Positions 9,815 through 19,800 of a stretch of DNA of 52,465 nt are shown piece after piece. Below the pieces are notes generated by a model. The model was not told where the DNA came from. It saw only the letters and a program-made list of their open reading frames with translations, and searched no databases. The translations under genes were made by a program, and so were the position numbers. Numbering within the stretch: the stretch's first letter is position 1; every line of letters starts with the position of its first letter. This DNA is from Bacteroidales bacterium (GTDB taxonomy: Bacteria > Bacteroidota > Bacteroidia > Bacteroidales > GWF2-35-48): assembly GCA_036171035.1 (NCBI GenBank), contig JAVHQG010000140.1:1-52465 (forward strand). Reading direction: 5' to 3'.

Positions 9815-11824
9815 TTAAAGGATATTTAAAATCGTTAATAAAATGATGCTAATGATAAAAATAATACCATATAAAACATAAGATTGTGTTCTGCCATTTT
9901 GGAAAAATAAAAAATAATTTGCCAGATACACGATTCTGTTTGTGATTTTCCCGATAATGCGCTGTTCAAAGAAATCAAGGTAGTGAGACGCATATTTTCT
10001 CTGTTGGGGAAACACTTCATTTTTTTTGAGTTCTTGAAATTGTTTTTTCTCTAACAATAAAAAATTGAAAATTTTCCCTAAAGGTTTTGAGAATGATTTA
10101 CCGGAATATTGCATTCTGTTGTTTGGTGCAACATACCCACATCCCCACGTGGTATTTATCGTTGCAGGTTTGTTTTTAATGGCAATTGCACGAATGCCCC
10201 AGATTAAAATGATTAATAAAACAAATATTGCAGAATAAATGCTGATATGAGAAATGTTTTGAGAATAAGTTAAAAAGGGAGAAACATCCATGTGTGCTGT
10301 AGCCGGAATTAGGTTACTTATTAAGTTACCTAGCGGATTCAGATAGAATTGCGGAAAAAATGAAACACTTAACATTACAGCAATAATAACGTATTGCGGA
10401 TAAATCATTGTGGAAGAAACTTCATGTGGCTGATGATGAAATTTTTCATGTTCGTTGCCCAAAAATATTGCACTAAACGATTTCGTAAATGTAAGAATAG
10501 AAATACCTCCAATGATACTTAATCCCGCAAACGAAGTTACCAAAAGGCTGGTCATACTAATATTGTTTGACTTCATCCCTTCTAACAATCCACTGTAAAT
10601 AATAAATTCTGACACAAATCCATTAAAAGGTGGAATTCCACCAATAGCAATGGCTCCAATTAAAAATAGCAGTGCAGTTTTTGGCATAATTTTAATTAAT
10701 CCGCCTAATTTTTCCATATCGCGTGTATGCGTTTGTTGATATACAGAGCCTGCTGCAAAAAAGAGTAATGATTTGAATAAAGAATGATTTAATACATGCA
10801 GTAAGGCACCACCAAATCCTAGATAAAACAATACGTTTGAGTCTGTTCCAACGCCAATAAGTCCCAAGCCAATACCTATCCCAATTATGCCAATATTTTC
10901 AATGGTACAATAGGCTAGCATACGTTTAAAATCACGATGAATTGCTGCATTGAATATTCCATAAAGTCCGGTAAATAAAGAAATACTTACAACAATTTCA
11001 CCTAGTAGGGTATAATCTGATTGAAGAAAAGAAATGATTCGGATAATTCCATAAATACCGAGTTTTACGATTACGCCCGACATCACACCCGATACGTGAG
11101 AGGGAGCAGCAGGGTGCGCATGTGGCAACCAACTGTGTAGGGGCACAAATCCGGCCTTCAGTCCAAATCCAATAAAGAAAATTAGAAATAACCAAATGTT
11201 GCTGTTTGTATGAAAAAATGTTCCAATGGACTCAAAGTTTAATGAGCCTGTTTGGAAATAAACCCAAATAAATCCTATCGTTAAAAACACAACGCTGATG
11301 TGCATTTGCACAAGGTAATTCATCCCTGCTTTGAGTGTGCGTGGATTGTTGTGATCGAATATTACCAGCAACATGGACGAAAGCGACATGATTTCCCAAG
11401 CAATAAGGAATGCAAAACCTTGTTGTATTATGCAAACCCACACCATTGAGAGATGAAACAAAATAAACCAGATAAAGTGCAGGGTTATTTTTGCACTTGG
11501 CTCTGAATATGCTTTTAAATAACCTTTTCCATAGATAATACCGGTGAGCGATGTGAAATTGATGATGAGAATAAACCATGCTGATAAGCTATCAATACGA
11601 AGAGGAATGTTGCCCCAAAAATTGCCTGCATATAAGACTAAGTCAATAGGCTTTCCGGTTATTGCGTGGACGGCAATAATGCTTGTGGCAATAACATTAA
11701 TCACAACTGCAAATATTGCTACAAGTGATTTATATTTTAATGGTATAATTACTAAAAATAAAATTGAAACAAGTGTAAATATTAACGTTATATTGAGTAA
11801 AAAATCGTGTTCTATCATCTGCAT
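9815..11824 (-). CDS. HyfB/HycC/NuoL-like antiporter-type subunit (copy 1, first gene of the operon)
   Basis: 669 aa. It has LHSWLPHAHPAAPSHVSGVMSGVIVKLGIYG and a C-terminal TTWGCGYVA. It is a clear paralogue of the adjacent 674-aa protein. Confidence 0.85.
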   Translation of the reverse strand: MQMIEHDFLLNITLIFTLVSILFLVIIPLKYKSLVAIFAVVINVIATSIIAVHAITGKPIDLVLYAGNFWGNIPLRIDSLSAWFILIINFTSLTGIIYGKGYLKAYSEPSAKITLHFIWFILFHLSMVWVCIIQQGFAFLIAWEIMSLSSMLLVIFDHNNPRTLKAGMNYLVQMHISVVFLTIGFIWVYFQTGSLNFESIGTFFHTNSNIWLFLIFFIGFGLKAGFVPLHSWLPHAHPAAPSHVSGVMSGVIVKLGIYGIIRIISFLQSDYTLLGEIVVSISLFTGLYGIFNAAIHRDFKRMLAYCTIENIGIIGIGIGLGLIGVGTDSNVLFYLGFGGALLHVLNHSLFKSLLFFAAGSVYQQTHTRDMEKLGGLIKIMPKTALLFLIGAIAIGGIPPFNGFVSEFIIYSGLLEGMKSNNISMTSLLVTSFAGLSIIGGISILTFTKSFSAIFLGNEHEKFHHQPHEVSSTMIYPQYVIIAVMLSVSFFPQFYLNPLGNLISNLIPATAHMDVSPFLTYSQNISHISIYSAIFVLLIILIWGIRAIAIKNKPATINTTWGCGYVAPNNRMQYSGKSFSKPLGKIFNFLLLEKKQFQELKKNEVFPQQRKYASHYLDFFEQRIIGKITNRIVYLANYFLFFQNGRTQSYVLYGIIFIISIILLTILNIL

Positions 11825-11856
11825 TATTGAGAATTTATTTCATTAAAAAAATTTCA

Positions 11857-11864
11857 CAAAGGTA
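11857..11864 (-). promoter_or_regulatory. Candidate -7 promoter box for the Hyf-like operon
   Basis: The minus strand reads TACCTTTG, matching the Bacteroidetes primary-sigma -7 consensus TAnnTTTG, about 30 nt upstream of the ATG at 11824. Such octamers occur by chance in AT-rich DNA. Confidence 0.3.
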
Positions 11865-11880
11865 TGTAAGAATTTTTAAC

Positions 11881-11888
11881 TATTTTTG
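11881..11888 (+). promoter_or_regulatory. Candidate -7 promoter box for the Crp/Fnr-family gene
   Basis: The plus strand reads TATTTTTG (TAnnTTTG consensus), about 75 nt upstream of the ATG at 11964. This is weak evidence on its own. Confidence 0.25.
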
Positions 11889-11963
11889 ATTTTAGTCATT
11901 TAAAAAATTGATATTTATTATAAAAAAAGTTGACTAAAACTTATCTTTACAAAAAAATATGTC

Positions 11964-12662
11964 ATGAAAAATATTTTTCCAATTGAAAAATTTACTTCTA
12001 CCAGTGATTCCATTTTCAAAAATATTTCGGATGAAGTTAGAAAAAAATTAGAGAATCAAATGATTGAAAGAACATATAAAAAAGGTCAAAGTATTTTTTT
12101 GGAAGGTTCTTTTCCGGCAGGAATTTTTTATTTGAAAGAAGGGCTTGTAAAAAAGTATAAAACAGATAATGTCGGCAAAGAGCATATCTTATATCTTTGT
12201 TCTTCCGGTGAATTACTGGGTTATTCGGCTGTGTTGTGTAACGAGACATATCCTGATTCTGCTTCTGCGCTGGAGACTTCCATACTGGGATTTATTTCAA
12301 ACGAATTGTTTTTAAAAATCATACATGGATCGAATGAATTAATGTTGAATTTATTATCGAGTCTGAGCCATGAATTTAGTGTAATGGTTAACAGCGTTAC
12401 TGTGTTTACACACATGACTGTGCGTGAAAGGCTCGCATTGATTTTATTAATTTTGTCGGCAACCTTTAAAAAAAGATCAACAACAAAATACGTAGAAATT
12501 GTTTTGTCTCGGAATGATCTGGCAAGTATGGTTGGTACAGCAACAGAAACGCTTGTTAGGTTGCTGCAGGCATTCAAACAAGAGGGAATTATTGAAATAA
12601 AATCAAAAAATATTATTGTGCTGAAGCCAAAAGAATTAATTATGCTGTCGAAGTTTTATTGA
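11964..12662 (+). CDS. Crp/Fnr-family transcriptional regulator
   Basis: An N-terminal cNMP-binding-like beta-roll (IFLEGSFPAGIFYLKEGLVKKY...GELLGYSA) is followed by a C-terminal HTH (SRNDLASMVGTATETLVRLLQAFKQEGII). There is no N-terminal Cys cluster. Confidence 0.85.
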   Translation: MKNIFPIEKFTSTSDSIFKNISDEVRKKLENQMIERTYKKGQSIFLEGSFPAGIFYLKEGLVKKYKTDNVGKEHILYLCSSGELLGYSAVLCNETYPDSASALETSILGFISNELFLKIIHGSNELMLNLLSSLSHEFSVMVNSVTVFTHMTVRERLALILLILSATFKKRSTTKYVEIVLSRNDLASMVGTATETLVRLLQAFKQEGIIEIKSKNIIVLKPKELIMLSKFY

Positions 12663-12806
12663 AAGCTTAACTGTTTTAATTATAAACAAACTCGCTTTAT
12701 TTTTGTTGATATAAATTTGTAATGCACAATTTAGAGCGATTGAATAATATTAATTTTGTAAATTATTTTTTTTGAAATTGTTATAAATTAAGAAAGCTCT
12801 ATTGAC

Positions 12807-14897
12807 TTGTGTAATATAAGAAGCATATTAATCAGACTGCTACTGAATTTGTTTGTTATAGTAATAGTTTTATTAGGCAATCACGCATTTGCGCAGGATA
12901 CTGCGAATCCATGTGACTTGAAGATTAATAAAAAAGCCGAAAAGTTATATGAAGAAGCCCTTAAAACTTTAAAATTTGATAAAGTTGAAGGCTATGCTTT
13001 ATTAATGGATGCAGTTGATAAGGATAAAAATTTTGTTGATGCGTGGTACACACTTGCCGACATTAATATGAAAAAGGCCGAGAATATTAAAAAAGGTGCT
13101 GATAACAATAGCATACACGACATGCTGAATCTGTTTACAAAAGCGGAGCAGAATTATCTTAAAATAATAGAAATTTGTCCTGAATTTGATCATTATGGTG
13201 TGTATTATATTCTCGGCGATTACTATTATAAAAATGAAAATAACTGTGGCAAAGCAAAAGATTTTTTTGCAGAATTTGTAAAAAATAATGACGAATCTCA
13301 ACCTAATTTTAAGCGCGCACAGAAACTTCTTAAAAGCTGTACCGATCTAGAACATATTATGGATAACCCTGTACCATTTGACCCAAAGCCTGTGGATGGA
13401 CTTTGCTCAACTGACGACGAATTTTTACCAATAATCTCACCTGATGGCTCACTTGCTTTTTATACACATCGCTATGCACGACTTAATACACTGATGAATT
13501 CTTCGAGTTATGTGGAGGAATTTACCGTAAGCGAGCGGGTTGATGATGACAAAAATAATGGATCAGAAAAATATGTAAAGGGGACACCCATGCCGACACC
13601 TTTTAATGCAGGAAAAAATCAGGGTGGTGTGGCAATTTCTATTGATAATAACCATATTTTTATCACTATTTGTGAAATGTCTGAATGGAAGAAAAAGCCT
13701 TATAACAATTGTGATATTTTTCAGTCAGATTTTGTAAAAGGGAAATGGACTCCTTTGCGGAATCTTGGATCGAATGTAAATACACCAGGCTCATGGGAAA
13801 GTCAGCCAACCCTCTCGTCTGACGGTAAAACTCTTTATTTTGCTACAATCAGGAAAGGTAATATTGGCTTTTCAGATGATAATCAAACTTCTGATATTTG
13901 GAAAAGTGAGCAGCAGCTTGATGGCTCATGGGGTAAAGCAGAAAATCTTGGTCCGGTAATCAATACCGCCGGCGATGAAAAATCACCATTTATACATACT
14001 GACAGCCAAACTTTATATTATTCTTCTAACGGGTTGATGGGGCTTGGTGGATATGACATTTTCTTTTCAAAAATGAATCAGGATAAAACGTGGGCTGAAC
14101 CTAAAAATATCGGATTACCTATTAATGGCGAAGGCGACGATGTGGGATTTATTGTAAGCACTGATGGTAAAAGAGCATATTTCTCATCTAATAGACTTAA
14201 AGGGCTGGGTGGCTATGATATTTTTGCGTTCGATTTATATGCTGAAGCGCGTCCTAAAAAAGTTGTGATTGTGAAAGGTGATTTGAAAGATGAGAAAGGC
14301 GAGGAACTTCAGAATGCAAAAGTTGAGCTGAAAAATACAAAAACAAATAAAATACAGGAAGCCGTTGTTGATAGAATTTCGGGAAAATATGCAATTGCTG
14401 TAACCCTTGATGATTCAAAGAAAGATGAGTTTTTGATGGTTGTTAAAAAAGATGGATATGCTTTTACTTCAGAATATATTAAACCATACGAGGATGAGAA
14501 AAAGTTTGAAAAAACTGTAACGGTAGATTTTGAAGTAAAGGAAGTAAAGGTTGGTGAATCTGTGAAACTAAATAATATTATGTTTGCCAGTAATTCTGCT
14601 AGTTTTGATGAGTCGAGTCGTGTTGTGCTGAATAATTTTGCTGAATTTTTGGAAGATAATCCTAAAATAAAAATTGCTATACATGGTCATACAGATAATG
14701 TTGGGAATGCATCGGGAAACATGAAGCTATCTGACGATAGAGCAAAATCTGTGTACGATTATTTACGTATTTCCGGTATTGATGAAATTCGGATGACTTA
14801 TAAGGGATTTGGTCAGACAAAACCTGTTGAGAGCAATGATACACCTGATGGACGTGCATTGAATAGACGAACAGAATTCATGATTACCGGAAAATAA
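12807..14897 (+). CDS. OmpA-family outer-membrane/peptidoglycan-associated protein with TPR, TolB-like PD40 repeats and a C-terminal OmpA domain
   Basis: Signal peptide ending in HAFAQ. PD40-like repeats are present (SPDGSLAFYT, LSSDGKTLYFAT, TDSQTLYYSSN, STDGKRAYFSSNR). The OmpA_C motifs are HGHTDNVGNASGNMKLSDDRAKSVYDYL...NRRTEF. The track start is TTG, so the start is uncertain. Confidence 0.85.
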   Translation: MCNIRSILIRLLLNLFVIVIVLLGNHAFAQDTANPCDLKINKKAEKLYEEALKTLKFDKVEGYALLMDAVDKDKNFVDAWYTLADINMKKAENIKKGADNNSIHDMLNLFTKAEQNYLKIIEICPEFDHYGVYYILGDYYYKNENNCGKAKDFFAEFVKNNDESQPNFKRAQKLLKSCTDLEHIMDNPVPFDPKPVDGLCSTDDEFLPIISPDGSLAFYTHRYARLNTLMNSSSYVEEFTVSERVDDDKNNGSEKYVKGTPMPTPFNAGKNQGGVAISIDNNHIFITICEMSEWKKKPYNNCDIFQSDFVKGKWTPLRNLGSNVNTPGSWESQPTLSSDGKTLYFATIRKGNIGFSDDNQTSDIWKSEQQLDGSWGKAENLGPVINTAGDEKSPFIHTDSQTLYYSSNGLMGLGGYDIFFSKMNQDKTWAEPKNIGLPINGEGDDVGFIVSTDGKRAYFSSNRLKGLGGYDIFAFDLYAEARPKKVVIVKGDLKDEKGEELQNAKVELKNTKTNKIQEAVVDRISGKYAIAVTLDDSKKDEFLMVVKKDGYAFTSEYIKPYEDEKKFEKTVTVDFEVKEVKVGESVKLNNIMFASNSASFDESSRVVLNNFAEFLEDNPKIKIAIHGHTDNVGNASGNMKLSDDRAKSVYDYLRISGIDEIRMTYKGFGQTKPVESNDTPDGRALNRRTEFMITGK

Positions 14898-14920
14898 AAA
14901 ACCCGGTTGGAATGACCGGG
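14891..14920 (-). terminator. Intrinsic terminator downstream of rplS
   Basis: A 6-bp GC-rich stem, cccggt (14902-14907) / accggg (14915-20), with a 7-nt loop. On the minus strand it is followed by a T-run (the complement of aaaataaaaaa), which overlaps the stop codon of the convergent OmpA-family gene. Confidence 0.6.
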
Positions 14921-14944
14921 CTTACATATAATTTGTAAATAAAA

Positions 14945-15292
14945 TTACATTCTCTTTTCTTTGATTCTTGCCTTTTTCCCGGTAAGCCCACGCAGATAGT
15001 ATAATCTTGCTCTACGAACCTGACCAACTTTATTAACTTCTATTGTATCAATAAATGGAGATGATAATGGGAAAACCCTTTCTACACCTACATTGCTCGA
15101 CATCTTCCTTACTGTGAAGGTTTTTGTGCGACCTGTACCTTTAATCTGGATAACCACACCGCGGTATTCCTGAATCCTCTCTTTATTTCCTTCTTTAATT
15201 TTATAGCTTACGGTGATTGTATCACCGCTCTTAAATTCCGGATATTGTTTCTGAACAGCTAACGTGCTGTCAACAATTTTCATCAAATCCAT
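14945..15292 (-). CDS. rplS: 50S ribosomal protein L19
   Basis: [11 protein letters not shown]...[33 protein letters not shown]...[19 protein letters not shown]...RRARLYYLR is an unmistakable L19. I moved the start to the ATG at 15292 (115 aa) instead of the longer track ORF. Confidence 0.95.
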   Translation of the reverse strand: MDLMKIVDSTLAVQKQYPEFKSGDTITVSYKIKEGNKERIQEYRGVVIQIKGTGRTKTFTVRKMSSNVGVERVFPLSSPFIDTIEVNKVGQVRRARLYYLRGLTGKKARIKEKRM

Positions 15293-15405
15293 CGTAGTAA
15301 TGTTTAATAATTTATACCTAAAAAAATCGGACTGCAATGTTACTATTTATTTTTATAATTTAAAAATCTAATGTTAAATATTTTTAAATTGCTTGATATT
15401 CATGA

Positions 15406-16827
15406 CTATTCCTTGATGATTTTTTTGCTGATTGTTGTGTTTTTTAATTGAAAACGAATGAAATATATTCCTTTTTGAAAACGGCTAACGTCTATTGATT
15501 CTATATTCGGATTATTTTTTATCTGCATCGTTTTTCCATTCATATTGGTAATGTCAATATTTGTAACATTTAATTCTTTTGTTTTAAAAAATATCAGATT
15601 TTTTACCGGATTTGGATAGATAATGATGGATTCGTCGGGTGTTGCAACTTTTGAAATATCATAATTTGTTTGGAGGAAATTACTATAAACAAATTTTTCG
15701 ACATTTTGCATTTCTTGTAAATTGCTGTTCCATTTTCTGTAAATTTTTTCAGTCATTATACTATCTGCATTGTATGTATAGTCGTAATTATCTTGATCTG
15801 AAAGATTCCAATTTCCTTGATTCCAAAATTCAGATCGGTTTTCAATAAGATTTTCGTAATCATTTACTGTTTTTGTGTTTTTTGAAAAATTATACCAAAT
15901 GGATCCGGAATATTTTTCTGTAAGTGTTTTGAAAATTCTATAGTCACTTATTGTGTAGGTTAGTTTTTCTTTATGTTTCCATAAATAGTTTTCAACAGTA
16001 TCCGTAACAACTGTGTAATCATCGCCATTGTAAGAATAATTGTATTGTTGCACATTGATCCATGAATCGCTATAAGGGAGTTGCAGGGTTGCGCTTTGTG
16101 TTTTCAAGCTCGATGGGTATGGAATATACAGCATCCTTTTTTCGGGTAACCATGTTTCGGAACTGTCCTGCCAATAGTAGGCTGCATATTCAGATAGAAA
16201 AAAATCAGAATATCCAAATGTTTTTTTTGTGTAATAGTTCCAGCTTCCATTCCAATTTGAAGTGGCATCTTCAGTAATAAATCTGTCAGAGTTATATTGA
16301 AATTGATGTTTTGTGCCTGCAACCATCTGCCATTGGCCTGCAATCCATTTATAGTTTATTGTTGCACTATCATTCTCATAAATATCATAAGCATGTGTGG
16401 TCTGTGTGTTCTGAATCCAAGCGGTATGCTGCCACGCATAATTTTTATGAGATATTAATTTTTGATTTGCATATTCAAATGTATCTTTAAACAGAAAATT
16501 ATTTTGAATTGTATCAACGGTAATACTCATCATTACTGCATTTGTTGAATCAAACAGGGAAATAATACTGTATTGATAAATCCAATTGTCTGCGCCAATT
16601 GTGTCCCATTTGTAATAAGCCTGTGAACGGTGAAGCCAAAAATTTGATTTATCATGTTTCTCTGATTGCTTTTGATATAAAGGATTTAAAGATGTCTCAC
16701 CATCAGTATTTTGTGCAATTGTCGAAAGAGATAGAAATAAAAATATCAAAACTGAAGATACAGCCCCTTTTTTTAACACTTTTTTGCGAGACACAATTAT
16801 TTTGTTATTGTCACTGAAATAATACAT
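15406..16827 (-). CDS. Secreted protein of unknown function with a T9SS (Por) C-terminal sorting domain
   Basis: N-terminal signal peptide (...LSLSTIAQ). The C-terminal ~75 aa, IIYPNPVKNLIFF...MNGKTM...IDVSRFQKGIYFIRF...KKIIKE, match the Por_Secre_tail pattern. The body is rich in W/Y/N. Confidence 0.7.
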   Translation of the reverse strand: MYYFSDNNKIIVSRKKVLKKGAVSSVLIFLFLSLSTIAQNTDGETSLNPLYQKQSEKHDKSNFWLHRSQAYYKWDTIGADNWIYQYSIISLFDSTNAVMMSITVDTIQNNFLFKDTFEYANQKLISHKNYAWQHTAWIQNTQTTHAYDIYENDSATINYKWIAGQWQMVAGTKHQFQYNSDRFITEDATSNWNGSWNYYTKKTFGYSDFFLSEYAAYYWQDSSETWLPEKRMLYIPYPSSLKTQSATLQLPYSDSWINVQQYNYSYNGDDYTVVTDTVENYLWKHKEKLTYTISDYRIFKTLTEKYSGSIWYNFSKNTKTVNDYENLIENRSEFWNQGNWNLSDQDNYDYTYNADSIMTEKIYRKWNSNLQEMQNVEKFVYSNFLQTNYDISKVATPDESIIIYPNPVKNLIFFKTKELNVTNIDITNMNGKTMQIKNNPNIESIDVSRFQKGIYFIRFQLKNTTISKKIIKE

Positions 16828-16836
16828 TATAGGACA

Positions 16837-19800
16837 CTAGATTGAGACAGGAACAATTTCAGTTACCACTTCAGGCGAAACTTCTACGGCTGCCTCATGA
16901 TGCGTTGCCTTAGTTGATTCGGTCTGTTCATCATTTTTTGCACTTTTAATCATAAAATAAAGCCGATTGTGGACATTTACTTCGCTGCTTCCTGAATCAA
17001 AGTCGAGAAAAAGTAAACTCATATTTGGGAAAAGTGTTTTGATTTTTTTCTCAACACCTTTCGAAATAATATGATTTGCAATACATCCAAAAGGTTGCAG
17101 ACTCACTACATTCTGTACGCCCATTTCTGCAAAAGAAGATATTTCGGCAGGGATCAGCCAGCCTTCTCCAAATTGGTTTGCAAGGCTCATTATTTTTTCT
17201 GCTTTAACAGCTTCATGAAGGATATTGTCATGAGGATAATTATATCTGAATCCTGTCATTATTTTTTCTGTCTGTCGAATGTGATAGTTTGCATATTTTT
17301 CAATGAAATAGGCATACATGCTCATCCCTTTTCGTTCAATATTTAATTTTTTATTGACACGTACGTTCACAAATCCCTGAATCATGAAATCAATTAATGG
17401 AGGGACAACAACTTCAATGCCTTGTTCAATTAGCCAGTTCACGACATTCATGTTGCCAAAAGCATTGTATTTGACATAAATTTCACCAACAATTCCAACA
17501 CGTGGTACATTGATGTCTTTTACTTCAATTTTATTAAATTCAATTACAGCATCTTTCAGCAATGTTCGTACCTTACTTGTATTTCTTGTTTTAATATATT
17601 CCTGAACCTCTGAAATATATTTGTCGAGCATCTTTTTTGAAGTCCCTTTGATTTTTTCTTTAGTAACAGTTGTATAATACATTTTTGCAAGACCGTCAGC
17701 AAAAAGGGTACTCATTAAAGTTGCTTTCATTACTTTTTTCCAATCGAGCTCAAATCCGGGTTGAGCGTTGATAAGACCGTCGCCAGAGGCAATTGAAATA
17801 ACAGGAATATTATCAAATCCTGCTGCCACCATTGCTTTTTTTATTAACGAAATATAATTGGTTGCTCTGCATTGTCCACCTGTTTGTGTGATACCTACAA
17901 CTGTGTTTTTTAAATCATATTTTCCTGATTTTAATGCACTCACAATATTTCCTACAATTAAGGTTGCAGGATAGCAGATTTCATTGTTTGCATATTTTAA
18001 TCCTTCTGTAACTGCTGCATTATCAGGAATTGGAAGATTTACATAATTATAATCCAGAATAGTAAAAAGGCTTGGAATAAATGGCGAATAAATATCTGAA
18101 AAATGAGGACCCAGTATGGTTTTCTTGACATCATTTTTTGTGTAAACGGGTGTGGTTTTTCTTTTCTTTTCAACCACTGGTGCTTTACTCTTTAGTTTAA
18201 GAGATTCTATAAAAGACCGTAATCGCAGTCTTACAGAGCCCGTGCTGGATATTTCGTCTATTTTTATCAGTGTATGATTTTTCCCTTTGCTTCTTAATAT
18301 TTCTGTAGTTTCATCAATCAGATACGCATCAGGACCACAGCCGAAGGAATTAAGTTGTACGAAATGAATATTAGCATTTTTTTGGTTAGCAACCCATTGT
18401 GCTGCTTTAAGAATCCGATTAGGATAGGACCACTGTGTGACGGTGTGAATCTCGTCAAATGTGCTGCCACCTTCTTCATACGCAATACTTTCATTGATTA
18501 CATCTGCGCCAAGGTCTGTAAGGATTTGAGCTGTTTTATGCTGAATTAATGGATCTGCATGATAAGGTCTCCCTGATAGTAACACAACAAGTTTGTTATT
18601 CAAATATGCTTTTTCGATAATTTCGTAAGCTTTATTTCTTAAGGTAAGTTGGAATTTTTTTTTCTCACTGATTGCACTAATAAAGGCTTTGTTAAAAGTG
18701 TTTTTGCTCACACCGAGAGGTTTTAAATATTCAAAACAAGCTTTTTTTAGAAGGATTTCGTCATTAAAAACAATGGTGGGTGCATCTAATGGAATACCAT
18801 ATTTTTCTTTTGGATTTATAGCACTTTTTAATACTTCGGAATAGCTAGATACAACAGGGCAATTATAGCTATTCACAGCATTTTTTTGCTCTTTGCTTTC
18901 AATCATTACCATTGGAAAGAATATTCTGTCAACCTTTTTTTCAATAAGGTTTATAATATGTCCATGTGCCAATTTTGCAGGGAAGCATATATTGTCTGAC
19001 ATCACAGAGCCAAGCCCTTTTTCATAAATATCTACTGTTGATGTATCTGATAATTTGACATTAATCCCACTTTCAGTCAGTAGTGTATTCCAAAATGGGA
19101 AATTTTCGTACATGTTTAAAATCCGTGGAATCCCAATTGTGAGCATGGGTTTATCGGTAACGCTTGTTTTTCTGTTAAAGAGAAGGTCGTATTTAAAATC
19201 ATAAATATTAAATCCTTTTTCTTTGGCACTTCCTTTATTTGTAAATACTTTTTCGCAATTATTGCCTGAAAAATATTTGTTCCCGCTTGGAAATTTAAAG
19301 CGTGTTACGGCACAATTATTTTCGCAAGCACTACATCGTACTATGTTTGTTTCATAATTGTTAATATTCTCAAGGTAATCGAGACCAACAAAAGAAGATT
19401 CATTATAGTTCTTATTATACATTGTAGTGGCATGCAAAGCCGCTCCATAAGCACCCATAAGTTCAGGAATATCGGAGCAACTTACTTTTTTCCCTGTTAA
19501 TACTTCTAACGCTCTGTGTACGGAAGGGTTTTTAAATGTCCCACCTTGCACAACAATATTATCGCCAAGTACAGACATATCTTTTATTTTAAGAACCTTG
19601 AAAAGGCAGTTCTTAACCACAGAGTAAGAGAGTCCTGCGGAAATATCTTCAACTTTAGCCCCTTCGCGTAAAGACTGTTTTACTTTGGAATTCATAAATA
19701 CAGTGCAGCGTGTACCTAGCTCGCATGGACGTTGAGCATCGCAGGCAACTTGAGCAAAATCCGATACTTTGTAGTTTAATGTATTGGCAAATCCTTCAAT

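Noticed and set aside
11964-12662. FNR-type oxygen sensor
   Set aside because: There is no N-terminal cysteine cluster for a [4Fe-4S] centre, so only a generic Crp/Fnr-family call is justified.
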